A DNA stretch of 64,000 nt from an uncultured Erysipelotrichaceae bacterium (GCA_902798815.1 CADBYH010000002.1:23998-87997), one strand, 5' to 3'; shown: positions 49,689 to 60,279, numbered from the stretch's first letter. Notes: generated by a model not told the origin, from the letters alone. Translations and numbers: made by a program.

Positions 49689-51047
49689 ATGTCAATAAGG
49701 ACATTACCTAACAATTTAGAAGCAGAAGAATCTGTATTAGGAGCATGTTTTTTATCAAAATATGCCTTACAAAAGGCATCAGAATCATTAACTCCAGAAT
49801 CATTTTATAGTGATAAAAATGAAAAAATTTTTTCTGCTATGATTAAATTACAAGAAGAAAATACACCAATTGATATAACAACAGTAACAAGTTATTTAAA
49901 AAAACAAAACAAATTAACAGAAATTGGTGGAGTAGAATACTTAACAGAAGTATTAAACTTTGTTCCAACAGCATCTAATGTTGATTATTATATAAAAACA
50001 GTAGAAGAAGCAGCAATTTTAAGAAGTTTAATTCAAACAGCAGAAGATATAGCACAAGAAGGATATTCAAACGAAGAAGAAATAAATGAAATATTAGATA
50101 ATTCAGAAAAGAAAATACTAAACATAGTTAAGAAAAGATCAGCAAATGAATTTAGAACAATCAAAGAAGTTTTAGTTAAAACACAATCAGATTTAGAAAA
50201 ACTATCAGAAAATAAAGGAGAAATAACTGGTTTAGAAACAGGATGGTATGATTTTGATAGATTAACAACAGGATTACATCCAAACGAATTTATAATAATA
50301 GCAGCAAGACCGGCAATGGGAAAAACAGCATTTGCTCTTAATTTGGCAACTCATGTTGCTATGACACAAGATAAAGCAGTTGCACTTTTTAACTTAGAAA
50401 TGCCAGCAGAACAGTTAGCAATGAGAATTTTATCATCACAAGGACAAATTGATGGTTTCAAATTAAGAACAGGTAATTTAATGAATCAAGACTGGAAAAG
50501 AATAAACGAAGCCTCATCAAGATTAGCAACAACTAATTTAGTAATAGACGATACAGCAGCTGGAATGACAATAGGTGAAATAAGAGCAAAATGTCGCCGA
50601 TTAGCAAGTAGTGAAAAAGGACTTGCTCTAGTAGTAATTGACTACCTTCAACTAATATCAGGAGGTAAAAGTTACGGAGCAAATAGACAACAAGAAGTAT
50701 CAGATATATCAAGAAGTCTTAAAATACTAGCAATGGAATTGGAAGTACCAGTAATTGCTTTATCTCAATTATCTCGTGGAGTTGAATCAAGAGATGATAA
50801 AAGACCTATGATGAGCGATTTGCGTGAATCAGGATCTATAGAACAAGATGCAGACTTAGTTGCATTCTTATATAGAGAAGATTATTATAATAAAGAATTA
50901 CGTACAGATGATAATAATAGTATAAGTGAATTAATAATAGGAAAACATCGTAATGGACCAACCGCAACAATAGAACTATTATTTAAGAAAAACACGTCAA
51001 CATTCTTAAATTTAAGAAAAGATAAAAAGGAAGGAGAGATATCATAA
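49689..51047 (+). CDS. dnaB: Replicative DNA helicase (DnaB family; dnaC in B. subtilis nomenclature)
   Basis: PNNLEAEESVLGA N-terminus, Walker A ARPAMGKTAF, IGKHRNGP. Confidence 0.97.
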   Translation: MSIRTLPNNLEAEESVLGACFLSKYALQKASESLTPESFYSDKNEKIFSAMIKLQEENTPIDITTVTSYLKKQNKLTEIGGVEYLTEVLNFVPTASNVDYYIKTVEEAAILRSLIQTAEDIAQEGYSNEEEINEILDNSEKKILNIVKKRSANEFRTIKEVLVKTQSDLEKLSENKGEITGLETGWYDFDRLTTGLHPNEFIIIAARPAMGKTAFALNLATHVAMTQDKAVALFNLEMPAEQLAMRILSSQGQIDGFKLRTGNLMNQDWKRINEASSRLATTNLVIDDTAAGMTIGEIRAKCRRLASSEKGLALVVIDYLQLISGGKSYGANRQQEVSDISRSLKILAMELEVPVIALSQLSRGVESRDDKRPMMSDLRESGSIEQDADLVAFLYREDYYNKELRTDDNNSISELIIGKHRNGPTATIELLFKKNTSTFLNLRKDKKEGEIS

Positions 51048-52559
51048 ATGTATAAAAAAAGTAGCATATTATCAATATTATTAATAGTGATAATAATTCT
51101 TTCAACAGGATTTACAAATATATCAACACATCCTCAAACACTATATAGAGTATATCTAAAAGGACATTCTTTAGGTTTAATAAAATCAAAGAAAGAATTA
51201 GAGGAATATATAGATAAAAAACAAGAAGAAATAAAAAGAAAATATAATGTAAAGAAAGTATATGTTCCATCAGAACTAGATATAACAAAAGAAATTACAT
51301 TTGACAAAAATATAAAATCTGTTGATGAAATTTATCAAGATATAAAAGATATTTCTCCATTTACAATAAATGGATATACAATAAAAATAAAAGGATTAGA
51401 TTCAACAACAGCAGAAGGAAAAAAGGTAAAAGGAGAAACAAACAGATTATATGTAATAGAAAAAAATACATTTAAAGATGCAATAAAATCTACTGTAAAA
51501 TCCTTTATACCAGAAGAAGATTTCAATAATTACGCAAATAAAACTCAAACTCCAATTGAAGATGAAGGAAAAATAATTGAAAATATATATATCAAAAATA
51601 AGATAACAATAAAAAAAGATTTAATTCCAGTAGATAAAAAAATCTATGTTGAAGAAGATGAACTAAGCAAATATTTGTTATTTGGAACAACAAAGGATCA
51701 AGCAAAATACACAGTACAAGCAGGAGATACAATAGAAGATGTTGCATTTAATAATAAAATATCAACACAAGAATTTTTAATAGCAAATCCTTCTCTACCA
51801 GATGAAAAAAGTCTTTTATCTGAAGGACAAGAAGTAACATTAGGAATTTTAAAACCACAATTTTCTGTTGTAGAACAAGATCAAGTTGTTTTTAGAGAAG
51901 AGAAAAATTATACAACAGAAACAAGATATGATAATGATAAATATGTTGGATATGAACAAGTTATTCAAGCAGGAGCAAAAGGAGAAAATAAGGTTACTCA
52001 AGTAATTCTAAAAGTTAATGGTGAGATAACAGATAGAACAACAATTAATACAGAAGTAATAAGGGAACCTGTAAATGAAGTAATTGTAAAAGGTGGAAAA
52101 CAATCTGCATATGCCGGAGGATATGGAGCGGCAATGGCAACAAGAGGATGGTGGGGATGGCCAGCAACATGTGGAACAGTCTCATCACCATTTGGATATA
52201 GATGGGGATATTTACATGATGGAACAGATATTTCAGGATGTGGATATGGATCAAATATCTTTGCTGCACAAGCAGGAACAGTAGAAGTATCTGCAAAAAA
52301 ACCAGGTTATTATGCCGGAGGATATGGAGATAATGGAGAATATATAGTAATAAACCATCATAACGGTTTCTATACATTATATGCACACCTTTGTCCAGGA
52401 TGTAGGGCAGTAAAAGCAGGAGATTATGTTGAAAAAGGACAAGTAATAGGAGGAATGGGAATGACCGGAGCAGCAACAGGAGTACACTTACACTTCGCAA
52501 TATGGAGTGGATTCCCATATCGAGGAGGAACAGCGTTAAACGCAATGGCGTTCTATTAA
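51048..52559 (+). CDS. Secreted/anchored peptidoglycan hydrolase: LysM + G5 + M23 peptidase
   Basis: Signal anchor, LysM (YTVQAGDTIEDVA), G5-like repeat, M23 motifs HDGTDISG and GVHLHFAI. Confidence 0.88.
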   Translation: MYKKSSILSILLIVIIILSTGFTNISTHPQTLYRVYLKGHSLGLIKSKKELEEYIDKKQEEIKRKYNVKKVYVPSELDITKEITFDKNIKSVDEIYQDIKDISPFTINGYTIKIKGLDSTTAEGKKVKGETNRLYVIEKNTFKDAIKSTVKSFIPEEDFNNYANKTQTPIEDEGKIIENIYIKNKITIKKDLIPVDKKIYVEEDELSKYLLFGTTKDQAKYTVQAGDTIEDVAFNNKISTQEFLIANPSLPDEKSLLSEGQEVTLGILKPQFSVVEQDQVVFREEKNYTTETRYDNDKYVGYEQVIQAGAKGENKVTQVILKVNGEITDRTTINTEVIREPVNEVIVKGGKQSAYAGGYGAAMATRGWWGWPATCGTVSSPFGYRWGYLHDGTDISGCGYGSNIFAAQAGTVEVSAKKPGYYAGGYGDNGEYIVINHHNGFYTLYAHLCPGCRAVKAGDYVEKGQVIGGMGMTGAATGVHLHFAIWSGFPYRGGTALNAMAFY

Positions 52560-52560
52560 T

Positions 52561-53316
52561 ATGAAAATACAAACAATCGCAAGCGGTTCCAAAGGAAATT
52601 GTTCAATTATATTATGTGAAGAAACTAAGATTATTATAGATATGGGAATTTCCTTCTTAACTCTAAAAAGATGTTTAGAAGAAAATTCCCTTTCTTTTTC
52701 AGATTTTGATGCAATCTTAATTACACATAATCATAAAGACCATACAAAAGGACTTTCAACATTAATAAATAAAACAAATCTCCAATTATATATCCCAGAA
52801 GCAATGTATGATGGTTTAAAAGAATTAGTACCTTATCCAAAATGTAATTTTATAGAAGATGAATTTTTAATAAATGATGTTGAGATAGAATTAATTCATA
52901 CATCACATGATGCACCATATTCAGTAGGATATATTATCAAGCATAATAATAAAAAAATGGTATATGTAACAGATACAGGGTACATTAATAGAAAATATCT
53001 TAAAAAAATGGAAAACTGTGATTTATATCTAATAGAAAGTAATCATGATGAAGTAATGCTTATGGAAGGACCATATCCAAGATTCTTAAAAGAGAGAGTA
53101 ATAAGTGATAAAGGGCATTTGTCAAATAAAACAACTACAAGGTATTTAGAATCAATAACAGGAACAAAAACAAAAAATATAATATTAGCTCATATAAGTG
53201 AAAAAAATAATACAAAAGAAAAAGTATTAGAAGAAATAGATAATTCAAATATAAATAAAAATATAAATATATATATAGCCGATCAATATGAACCAGGCCC
53301 AATAATAGAAGTATAA
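52561..53316 (+). CDS. walJ: MBL-fold metallo-hydrolase (YycJ/WalJ-like)
   Basis: HNHKDH motif. Located upstream of rlmH, as yycJ is in Bacillus. Confidence 0.85.
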   Translation: MKIQTIASGSKGNCSIILCEETKIIIDMGISFLTLKRCLEENSLSFSDFDAILITHNHKDHTKGLSTLINKTNLQLYIPEAMYDGLKELVPYPKCNFIEDEFLINDVEIELIHTSHDAPYSVGYIIKHNNKKMVYVTDTGYINRKYLKKMENCDLYLIESNHDEVMLMEGPYPRFLKERVISDKGHLSNKTTTRYLESITGTKTKNIILAHISEKNNTKEKVLEEIDNSNINKNINIYIADQYEPGPIIEV

Positions 53317-53326
53317 TAGGTGAAAA

Positions 53327-53782
53327 ATGATAAAAATAATAACAGTTGGAAGTATTAAAGAAAAATACTTAAAAGATGCAATAGAAGAATATTCAAAAAG
53401 AATAAGAAGATATACAAATTTAGAAATAATAGAAGTAAAAGATGAAGGACTAGTAGAAAAAGATAAAGCACTAAAATTAGAACAAGAAAAAATAGAAAAA
53501 CACATTAATAATAAAGATTACATAATAACATTAGAAATAGAAGGAAAAGAATATACATCAGAAGAACTAGCAAAACAATTAGATAATATTTTTATTAATA
53601 ATAGTACTATAACATTTATAATTGGTGGTAGTTATGGATTATCAGATGAAATAAAAAAACAAGCAAATATCCATCTATCATTTTCAAAAATGACATTTCC
53701 ACATCAGTTATTTAGAGTACTTTTATTAGAACAGATATATAGAGCATATAAAATTAATAATAACGAAAATTATCATAAGTAG
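53327..53782 (+). CDS. rlmH: 23S rRNA (pseudouridine1915-N3)-methyltransferase
   Basis: SPOUT fold with FIIGGSYGLSDE and the TFPHQL motif. Confidence 0.95.
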   Translation: MIKIITVGSIKEKYLKDAIEEYSKRIRRYTNLEIIEVKDEGLVEKDKALKLEQEKIEKHINNKDYIITLEIEGKEYTSEELAKQLDNIFINNSTITFIIGGSYGLSDEIKKQANIHLSFSKMTFPHQLFRVLLLEQIYRAYKINNNENYHK

Positions 53783-53790
53783 GTGAAAAT

Positions 53791-54453
53791 ATGATAGGAA
53801 ACAAATGGGATGTATTACTTTCAGAAGAATATAACAAAGATTATTTTAAATCTTTAATTGATTTTATAAAAAAGGAATATAAAGAAAAGAAAATATATCC
53901 ACCACAAAATGAAGTTTTTAATGCATTTAGATATACAGATTTTGATAATATAAAAGTAGTAATTTTAGGACAAGATCCATATCATGGACCTAATCAAGCA
54001 GAGGGATTATCATTTTCTGTAAGTAATGAAGTATTAAAACCACCATCATTAAAAAATATATTTAAAGAGCTTGAAAGTGACTTAGGAATACCATTTCCGG
54101 AACATAATTCACTTAAAAATTGGGCTAAACAAGGTGTTTTATTATTAAATGCAGTATTAACAGTAGAAGAACATAAACCAACTTCTCATAAAGATAAAGG
54201 ATGGGAAATTTTTACAGATGATGTAATAAAAATAATAAATACTAAAGATCAACCGGTTGTTTTTATTTTATGGGGAGCATATGCAAGAAGCAAAAAATCA
54301 CTAATAACTAATCCTAAACATTTAATTATCGAATCAGCTCATCCTTCTCCATTTTCAGCAAGAAATGGATTCTTTGGAAGCAAACCATTTAGTAGAACAA
54401 ATGAGTTTTTAAAAAAGAATAATATAGAAGAAATTGACTGGAGAATAGAATAA
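53791..54453 (+). CDS. ung: Uracil-DNA glycosylase
   Basis: GQDPYHGPNQA and HPSPFSA motifs. Confidence 0.97.
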   Translation: MIGNKWDVLLSEEYNKDYFKSLIDFIKKEYKEKKIYPPQNEVFNAFRYTDFDNIKVVILGQDPYHGPNQAEGLSFSVSNEVLKPPSLKNIFKELESDLGIPFPEHNSLKNWAKQGVLLLNAVLTVEEHKPTSHKDKGWEIFTDDVIKIINTKDQPVVFILWGAYARSKKSLITNPKHLIIESAHPSPFSARNGFFGSKPFSRTNEFLKKNNIEEIDWRIE

Positions 54454-54455
54454 TA

Positions 54456-54478
54456 AAATCCACAATTATTGTGGATTA
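54456..54478. terminator. Hairpin between convergent ung and pta; arms are DnaA-box-like
   Basis: AATCCACA-ATTAT-TGTGGATT. A T-rich run is present only on the minus-strand side. Confidence 0.55.
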
Positions 54479-54494
54479 AATATATAAAAAAAAT

Positions 54495-54519
54495 AATATC
54501 CACAAAAACTGTGGATATT
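54495..54519. terminator. Bidirectional terminator hairpin; arms are near-consensus DnaA boxes
   Basis: AATATCCACA-AAAAC-TGTGGATATT is flanked by T runs on both strands. The pta stop codon lies in the 3' arm. Confidence 0.75.
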
Positions 54520-55501
54520 ATTTTTGTGCTTGTACTGCAGTGATAGCAACAACTCCAACAATATCATCTACCGAGCATCCTCTTGATAAATCATTAATAG
54601 GTGCTGCAATACCTTGAGTAATAGGACCATAAGCTTCTGCTTTTGCCAGTCTTTGTACTAATTTATATCCTATATTACCTGCATCTAAATCAGGAAATAT
54701 TAGTACATTAGCATAACCAGCAACATTACTATCCGGTGCTTTTAATGATGCAACCTCTGGAACAATTGCAGCATCTAATTGCAATTCGCCGTCAATTTTA
54801 TATTTTGAATATTTTTCCTTAGCAATTGTAACAGCATTTACTACTTTATCAACATCAGCATGTGATGCACTTCCTTTAGTTGAATGAGAAAGCATTGCAA
54901 CAATTGGCTCTTTTTCAACTAATAATTCAAAACTCTCAGCACTGCTAGCTGCTATTGCAGCAAGTTTTTCTGAATCAGGATTCTGTTCTAATCCAGCATC
55001 GGAGAATATAAATGTACCATTCTCTCCAAATTCACAATCCGGAACAACCATTAAGAAGAATGCAGAAACTAATAAAGAATCAGGTTTTGTTTTAATGATT
55101 TGAAGTGCAGGTCTTAACGTATTAGAAGTTGAATGACAAGCACCAGAAACAACACCATCACATCTATTAGTTTTAACTAACATACATGCAAAATACATGT
55201 AGTCGTTTAGTAACAAATCCTTAGCAGTTTCATAAGTCATACCTTTTGCTTTTCTTAATTCAACAAGTTTATTAATAAGTTCCTCAGTAATATCAGAATC
55301 ACTTGGATTAATAAACTCTAATTTACTAACATCAAATTTATCTGATACTTCGTTTTTATCTCCAATAACAATTATATTAGCGATTCCCTCATCAACAATT
55401 TTTAGTGCAGCCTCAATAACCCTCTCATCCATACTTTCAGGAAGAGCAATAGTTTTTAAATTCTTTTTGGCACGTTCTTTAATTCTATCAATAAAACTCA
55501 T
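54518..55501 (-). CDS. pta: Phosphate acetyltransferase
   Basis: MSFIDRIKERAKK start. The Pta C-terminal domain extends through INDLSRGCSVDDIV. Confidence 0.95.
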   Translation of the reverse strand: MSFIDRIKERAKKNLKTIALPESMDERVIEAALKIVDEGIANIIVIGDKNEVSDKFDVSKLEFINPSDSDITEELINKLVELRKAKGMTYETAKDLLLNDYMYFACMLVKTNRCDGVVSGACHSTSNTLRPALQIIKTKPDSLLVSAFFLMVVPDCEFGENGTFIFSDAGLEQNPDSEKLAAIAASSAESFELLVEKEPIVAMLSHSTKGSASHADVDKVVNAVTIAKEKYSKYKIDGELQLDAAIVPEVASLKAPDSNVAGYANVLIFPDLDAGNIGYKLVQRLAKAEAYGPITQGIAAPINDLSRGCSVDDIVGVVAITAVQAQK

Positions 55502-55511
55502 ATTAAAACCT

Positions 55512-56042
55512 CTATTTCTCATTAAGTATTTCAAAAATTTCACGCTTTTCATTATTATAAAAAGATTTTTTCTTATATCTCTTTATAAATGCAACCATAT
55601 TTGCTGGAAATGACATTACTAATTGATTGAAATCAACAACAGTATCATTATAGAACTTTATAGCTCCAACAATTTGTTCTTCATTATCATTTAAATTATC
55701 CAATATAGAAACTAATGCATCACTTTTAAACAATTTTTCATTCTCATCTAATATTTTAAATAAGTCATTATACATTTTTCTTAAAAAATCATTTACCTCA
55801 AAATTATTTTTTTCACTTAAATCATCATCAAGTTCTGTTAAAAAACTTTTAAGTTTTAATTCCTTTTTTATAATAGGTCTTGTTCTATCAAGTAAATCCT
55901 TTTTCTTTTGAAGATACATATCAATATCTTCCTCTGCTTTTTCTATCTTAATAATAGCAAAATGAAATTTATTACTATAAATTGAAAAAATAATTATAAA
56001 TATAATTAATATAACAACAATACCAATAATAATTCCTATCAT
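55512..56042 (-). CDS. lemA: LemA-family membrane protein
   Basis: N-terminal TM segment, FYNDTVVDFN..SFPANMVA LemA signature. The start at 56042 follows a GGAGG RBS. Confidence 0.88.
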   Translation of the reverse strand: MIGIIIGIVVILIIFIIIFSIYSNKFHFAIIKIEKAEEDIDMYLQKKKDLLDRTRPIIKKELKLKSFLTELDDDLSEKNNFEVNDFLRKMYNDLFKILDENEKLFKSDALVSILDNLNDNEEQIVGAIKFYNDTVVDFNQLVMSFPANMVAFIKRYKKKSFYNNEKREIFEILNEK

Positions 56043-56098
56043 AAAGTACCTCCATATCATCTAAATTATAACAAAATAAAATAGAATATACAATAAAA

Positions 56099-56126
56099 CA
56101 AAAAAAAGAGAAATTAATTTTTCTCT
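56099..56126 (-). terminator. Rho-independent terminator after PBP gene
   Basis: The minus strand reads AGAGAAA-AATTAA-TTTCTCT followed by TTTTTTT. Confidence 0.7.
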
Positions 56127-58063
56127 AATTCATCAAAAACAGGTTCATCACCTTTAGGTTCTGTTCCCTTTAAATAATACATTAATTTAGTGTTTTTAGT
56201 ATTATCACTATTATGTTTACCAGAAATAGGTTCAACAAGCATACCAACAACGTTTTTAGGTTTTTCGTACCAAACATCTTCATCAGTTAAGTTTTTTTCA
56301 TACTCTTCCACAGTTTTATACCATATATTTTGAGCATACTTATAATCACTTTTTATTATTTCTTTGTTATTATCATATCCCACCCATACAGCACATATAA
56401 CTTTTTTATTATAACCAATATTCCAATTATCCGTAGCAGTAGTCCCACTCTTTAAAGAATATGTATGAGTTAATTTACCATTTAAACTAATTGCAGTAGG
56501 ATAATTATAATCAATAAATAAAGGATCATAAGTTGCTGTTAATATATTATTTAAGATGAAGACTAAACTAGGATTTAAAACCAACTCTTTTTTGCTATTT
56601 CTTTTATATAAAACCTTCCCATTATTAGAAACAACCTTCTCAATTAAATGACCATCGACTTTATAACCTAAATTAGCAAAAGCAGAATAACCAGAAGTCA
56701 TAGAAATAATATTAATTTCATTAGTACCCAAAGGTAAAGAGGGTACTTCATCAAGTTTTTCACTAATACCAACACGTCTTGCAGTATTAATAAGATTATC
56801 TTTTCCTAAAAACAAATGAGTTTTTACAGCATATATGTTATCACTATAAGCAACAGCAGTAGCCATAGAAATAGGTTTATTAGCATAAACTTCATTATAA
56901 TTCTTTGGTGAATAAGTGTTCCCGTTATCTAGAGAGAAAGAAGTTTTTTCACTAATAAAGGAAGTACTAGACGTAAAACCGTTCTCTAAAGCTGAATAAT
57001 ATAGATATGGTTTCATTGTAGATCCAACTTGTCTTTTTGAACTAATAGCTCTATTGTAATTAGACTTGTTATAATCTCTTCCACCAACTAGAGCAATAAT
57101 TCCTCCATTCTCGGGATTCATAACAACACTGGCAACTTGTAAAGAAGAATCACTTGGAAAAGATTCTTTAACATTTTTATCTAAACTTTTTTGAGTATTA
57201 TAATCAAAATTTGTATATATTTTTAGTCCATTAAGTTCATTATAATTATTGGGAATACTATCTATTTTTTTTAATTCACTCATAACAGCATCAGTATAAT
57301 AATTAATATTAGATAAATCATCACTATTACTATTATCAACAATAGTAATCTCTTCATTATAGGCACTGTCCATCTCTTTTTTTGAAATAATGTTATTTTT
57401 AACCAAATTATTAAGAACAAAGTACTGTCTTTTCTTAGCTGTATTAATATCTATAATAGGAGAGTAATTACTAGGTGATTTAGGTATACCGGCAAGAATA
57501 GTTGCCTCAGCAAGACTTAAGTCTTTGCAATCTTTATTAAAATAAAATTTAGAAGCAGATTTTATACCATATTTACCATGTCCATAATTTATAGTATTTA
57601 AATATCCTTCTAAAATTTCTTTTTTACTATAATTTGCTTCTATTCTTAAAGTATACCAAGCTTCATCCCATTTTCTTTTCCATGTTCTATTAAAATCTAA
57701 AAACATATTTTTAGCATATTGTTGAGTAATAGTAGATGCTCCCTGAGAATTACTACGAGTGATAATATTGTTATAAAAAGCAGCAATAATCCTTTTAAAA
57801 TCAAATCCAAAATGCTTATAAAAATTTTTATCTTCAGTATAAATAGTAGCATCAATTAAAAAAGGAGAAATCTCATCAATATTAGCCCACTCAGTATTAT
57901 TATTACCAGTAAAAAAAGGGTTATTAGAAGAATCATAAAATGTAATTTTACTTGCACTATTAATAATAATCTTAGGCGATAATTTAATGTATAAATATGA
58001 AGAAAAAATAATAATACTAATAATAATTAGAATAAAAACAAAAAAACGTAGTAATTTTTTCAT
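56114..58063 (-). CDS. Bifunctional class A penicillin-binding protein (glycosyltransferase/transpeptidase)
   Basis: GT51 motifs EDKNFYKHFGFD and GASTITQQ. TPase motifs STMKP, SDN and KSGTT. Confidence 0.93.
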   Translation of the reverse strand: MKKLLRFFVFILIIISIIIFSSYLYIKLSPKIIINSASKITFYDSSNNPFFTGNNNTEWANIDEISPFLIDATIYTEDKNFYKHFGFDFKRIIAAFYNNIITRSNSQGASTITQQYAKNMFLDFNRTWKRKWDEAWYTLRIEANYSKKEILEGYLNTINYGHGKYGIKSASKFYFNKDCKDLSLAEATILAGIPKSPSNYSPIIDINTAKKRQYFVLNNLVKNNIISKKEMDSAYNEEITIVDNSNSDDLSNINYYTDAVMSELKKIDSIPNNYNELNGLKIYTNFDYNTQKSLDKNVKESFPSDSSLQVASVVMNPENGGIIALVGGRDYNKSNYNRAISSKRQVGSTMKPYLYYSALENGFTSSTSFISEKTSFSLDNGNTYSPKNYNEVYANKPISMATAVAYSDNIYAVKTHLFLGKDNLINTARRVGISEKLDEVPSLPLGTNEINIISMTSGYSAFANLGYKVDGHLIEKVVSNNGKVLYKRNSKKELVLNPSLVFILNNILTATYDPLFIDYNYPTAISLNGKLTHTYSLKSGTTATDNWNIGYNKKVICAVWVGYDNNKEIIKSDYKYAQNIWYKTVEEYEKNLTDEDVWYEKPKNVVGMLVEPISGKHNSDNTKNTKLMYYLKGTEPKGDEPVFDELEKN

Positions 58064-58183
58064 AATATCAACCTCTAGTATTATTATTAAAAATATATAA
58101 AAAAATATGTATTAAAATAAAAAAGTATATAAAATAAAGAAAATATGTTATAATCATAACTGAAATTTGAAGTAGGTGATATA

Positions 58184-58534
58184 ATGCCTAAAATTGATAT
58201 ATCTGTAAAAATAAAAAATTATACTGAAGATACAGAATATAAAACAACAGGAATAATTACAAACAAAGTATTAAAGTATAAGGAAAAAGACAATACAACA
58301 ACGACATATAACTATGTTGATAAATGCTTAATAAGAAATAATGAAGAACTTTATATGAAATATATATTTAATCCTAAAAAAGAAACAACAGGAATAATTA
58401 AAATAAAATCGCTAAAAAAAGATTTAAACATTTTAATAAAAACAAATAAATATAAAGAAGAAGATAATAATATATATATAGAATATGAAATAGAAAAAGA
58501 AAAGTTTATATTTGGAATTGAGGAGATAAGATGA
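58184..58534 (+). CDS. DUF1934-like small beta-barrel protein
   Basis: 116 aa. It overlaps the argS start by 4 nt, the same pairing as ywiB-argS in Bacillus. The assignment rests on synteny and general composition only. Confidence 0.5.
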   Translation: MPKIDISVKIKNYTEDTEYKTTGIITNKVLKYKEKDNTTTTYNYVDKCLIRNNEELYMKYIFNPKKETTGIIKIKSLKKDLNILIKTNKYKEEDNNIYIEYEIEKEKFIFGIEEIR

Positions 58535-60279
58535 GTATACTAAATAACTTAAAAGAAGATTTAAAAACAATAATAAAGAATGCAGGGTATGAAGAAGAAA
58601 ATCTTGCATTAGAACCATCAAATAGAAGAGATTTAGGAGAATATCAATTAAATGATTCAATGCAATTGGCAAAAAAATATCATGAGAATCCTAAAATAAT
58701 TGCTGAAAAAATAGTAGAAGAATTAAAAAAAGATAAAAGATTTACAAACATTAATATAGCAGGAGTAGGTTTTATAAATTTTTCACTAAGTAAAGAATAT
58801 AAAATAGATATTTTAAATAGTCTAAATGCTGATATATATGCAAATATTAATAAAAAAGAAAATAAAAAAATAATAATTGACTATGGTGGAGCAAATGTGG
58901 CAAAAGCATTACATGTTGGACATTTAAGAAGCGCAAACATAGGAGAAGCACTAAAAAGACTAGCAAGAGAATTAGGATATGAAGTATTAGGAGATGCTCA
59001 TTTAGGAGATTATGGAAGACCTTTAGGTTTTGTAGTCCTAGAAATTAAAAAAATGTATCCTGATTTACCATATTTTGATGAAAATTATGATGGTAATTAT
59101 GATGAAATCTCTTTACCAATAACAAATGAAGATTTAGAAAAAATATATCCATTGGCAAGCCAAAAGGCAAAAGAAGATGAATCATACTTAGAAGAAGGAA
59201 GAGATGTTACTACAAAAATTCAAAATCATGAAAAAGGATACTATGATTTATGGAAAAAAGTAGTGGAAATATCTAAGGCAGATATAAAACAAGTATATGA
59301 CATGTTAAATACTGAATTTGATTTATGGCTAGGTGAGAGTGATGCCGCAGCATACATGGATGAATTAGAAGAAATATTTGAAAGCAAAGGATTATTAGAA
59401 GATAGCCAGGGAGCAAAAATAGTAAATGTTGAAGAACCAGAAGATAAAGCACCAATGCCTCCATTGCTATTCATAAAGAGTAATGGAACGTTATCATATG
59501 AAACAACAGATTTAGCAACAATCCTTCAAAGAAAGAAAGAATATAATCCAGATGAAATATGGTATGTAGTAGATAATAGACAAGGACTACATTTTGAACA
59601 AACATTCAGAGCAACAAGAAAAGCAGAAATTGTGGGAGAAGAAGTAAATTTAGAGCATGTTGGTTTTGGAACTATGAATGGAAAAGATGGAAAACCATTT
59701 AAAACAAGAGATGGTGGAGTTATGTCTTTAAAAGGATTAATAGATTTAGTTAAAGAAGAAACCCTAAAAAGAATTAATCCAGAAACAGTATCAGAAGACG
59801 AAAAAGAAGAAGTAGCAACATTAGTAGCAATAGCAGCACTAAAATATGCTGATTTCTTACCATATAGAGAAACAGATTATATATTTGAGGTAGAAAAATT
59901 CTCAGATCTAGAAGGAAAAACAGGACCATATCTTTTATATTCAACAATACGTATGAAATCATTACTTAATAAGGCAAAAGACTTAAAAATGGAGAAGATA
60001 AAAGTATTAAAAGGTGAAACAGAAAATAATATTGCACTAAGTTTATTACAGTTACCAGAAGTACTAGATAAATCTCTAGAAACAAAATCATTAAATGATA
60101 TTGCAGAATATATATATACACTAACAGCTTTATATAATAAATTTTACTCTGAGAATAAAGTTCTAACAGAAGAAAATCAAGAATTACAAGAATCTTGGTT
60201 AGTTCTAACAAAAATAGTTTATAATGTAAATCTACTTTTGCTTAACATCTTAGGAATAAAAGTCCCAGAAAAAATGTAA
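58531..60279 (+). CDS. argS: Arginine--tRNA ligase
   Basis: HVGH (HIGH-type) motif, class I architecture, 582 aa, C-terminal anticodon-binding (DALR) region. Confidence 0.95.
   Translation: MSILNNLKEDLKTIIKNAGYEEENLALEPSNRRDLGEYQLNDSMQLAKKYHENPKIIAEKIVEELKKDKRFTNINIAGVGFINFSLSKEYKIDILNSLNADIYANINKKENKKIIIDYGGANVAKALHVGHLRSANIGEALKRLARELGYEVLGDAHLGDYGRPLGFVVLEIKKMYPDLPYFDENYDGNYDEISLPITNEDLEKIYPLASQKAKEDESYLEEGRDVTTKIQNHEKGYYDLWKKVVEISKADIKQVYDMLNTEFDLWLGESDAAAYMDELEEIFESKGLLEDSQGAKIVNVEEPEDKAPMPPLLFIKSNGTLSYETTDLATILQRKKEYNPDEIWYVVDNRQGLHFEQTFRATRKAEIVGEEVNLEHVGFGTMNGKDGKPFKTRDGGVMSLKGLIDLVKEETLKRINPETVSEDEKEEVATLVAIAALKYADFLPYRETDYIFEVEKFSDLEGKTGPYLLYSTIRMKSLLNKAKDLKMEKIKVLKGETENNIALSLLQLPEVLDKSLETKSLNDIAEYIYTLTALYNKFYSENKVLTEENQELQESWLVLTKIVYNVNLLLLNILGIKVPEKM

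Noticed and set aside
52045-52572. 175-aa antisense ORF and 63-aa His/Gln/Asp-rich alternate-frame ORF (52093..52284) within the M23 peptidase gene
   Set aside because: No start context is present, the composition follows from the opposite or shifted frame of the Gly/Tyr-rich M23 domain, and the M23 reading frame has clear catalytic motifs.
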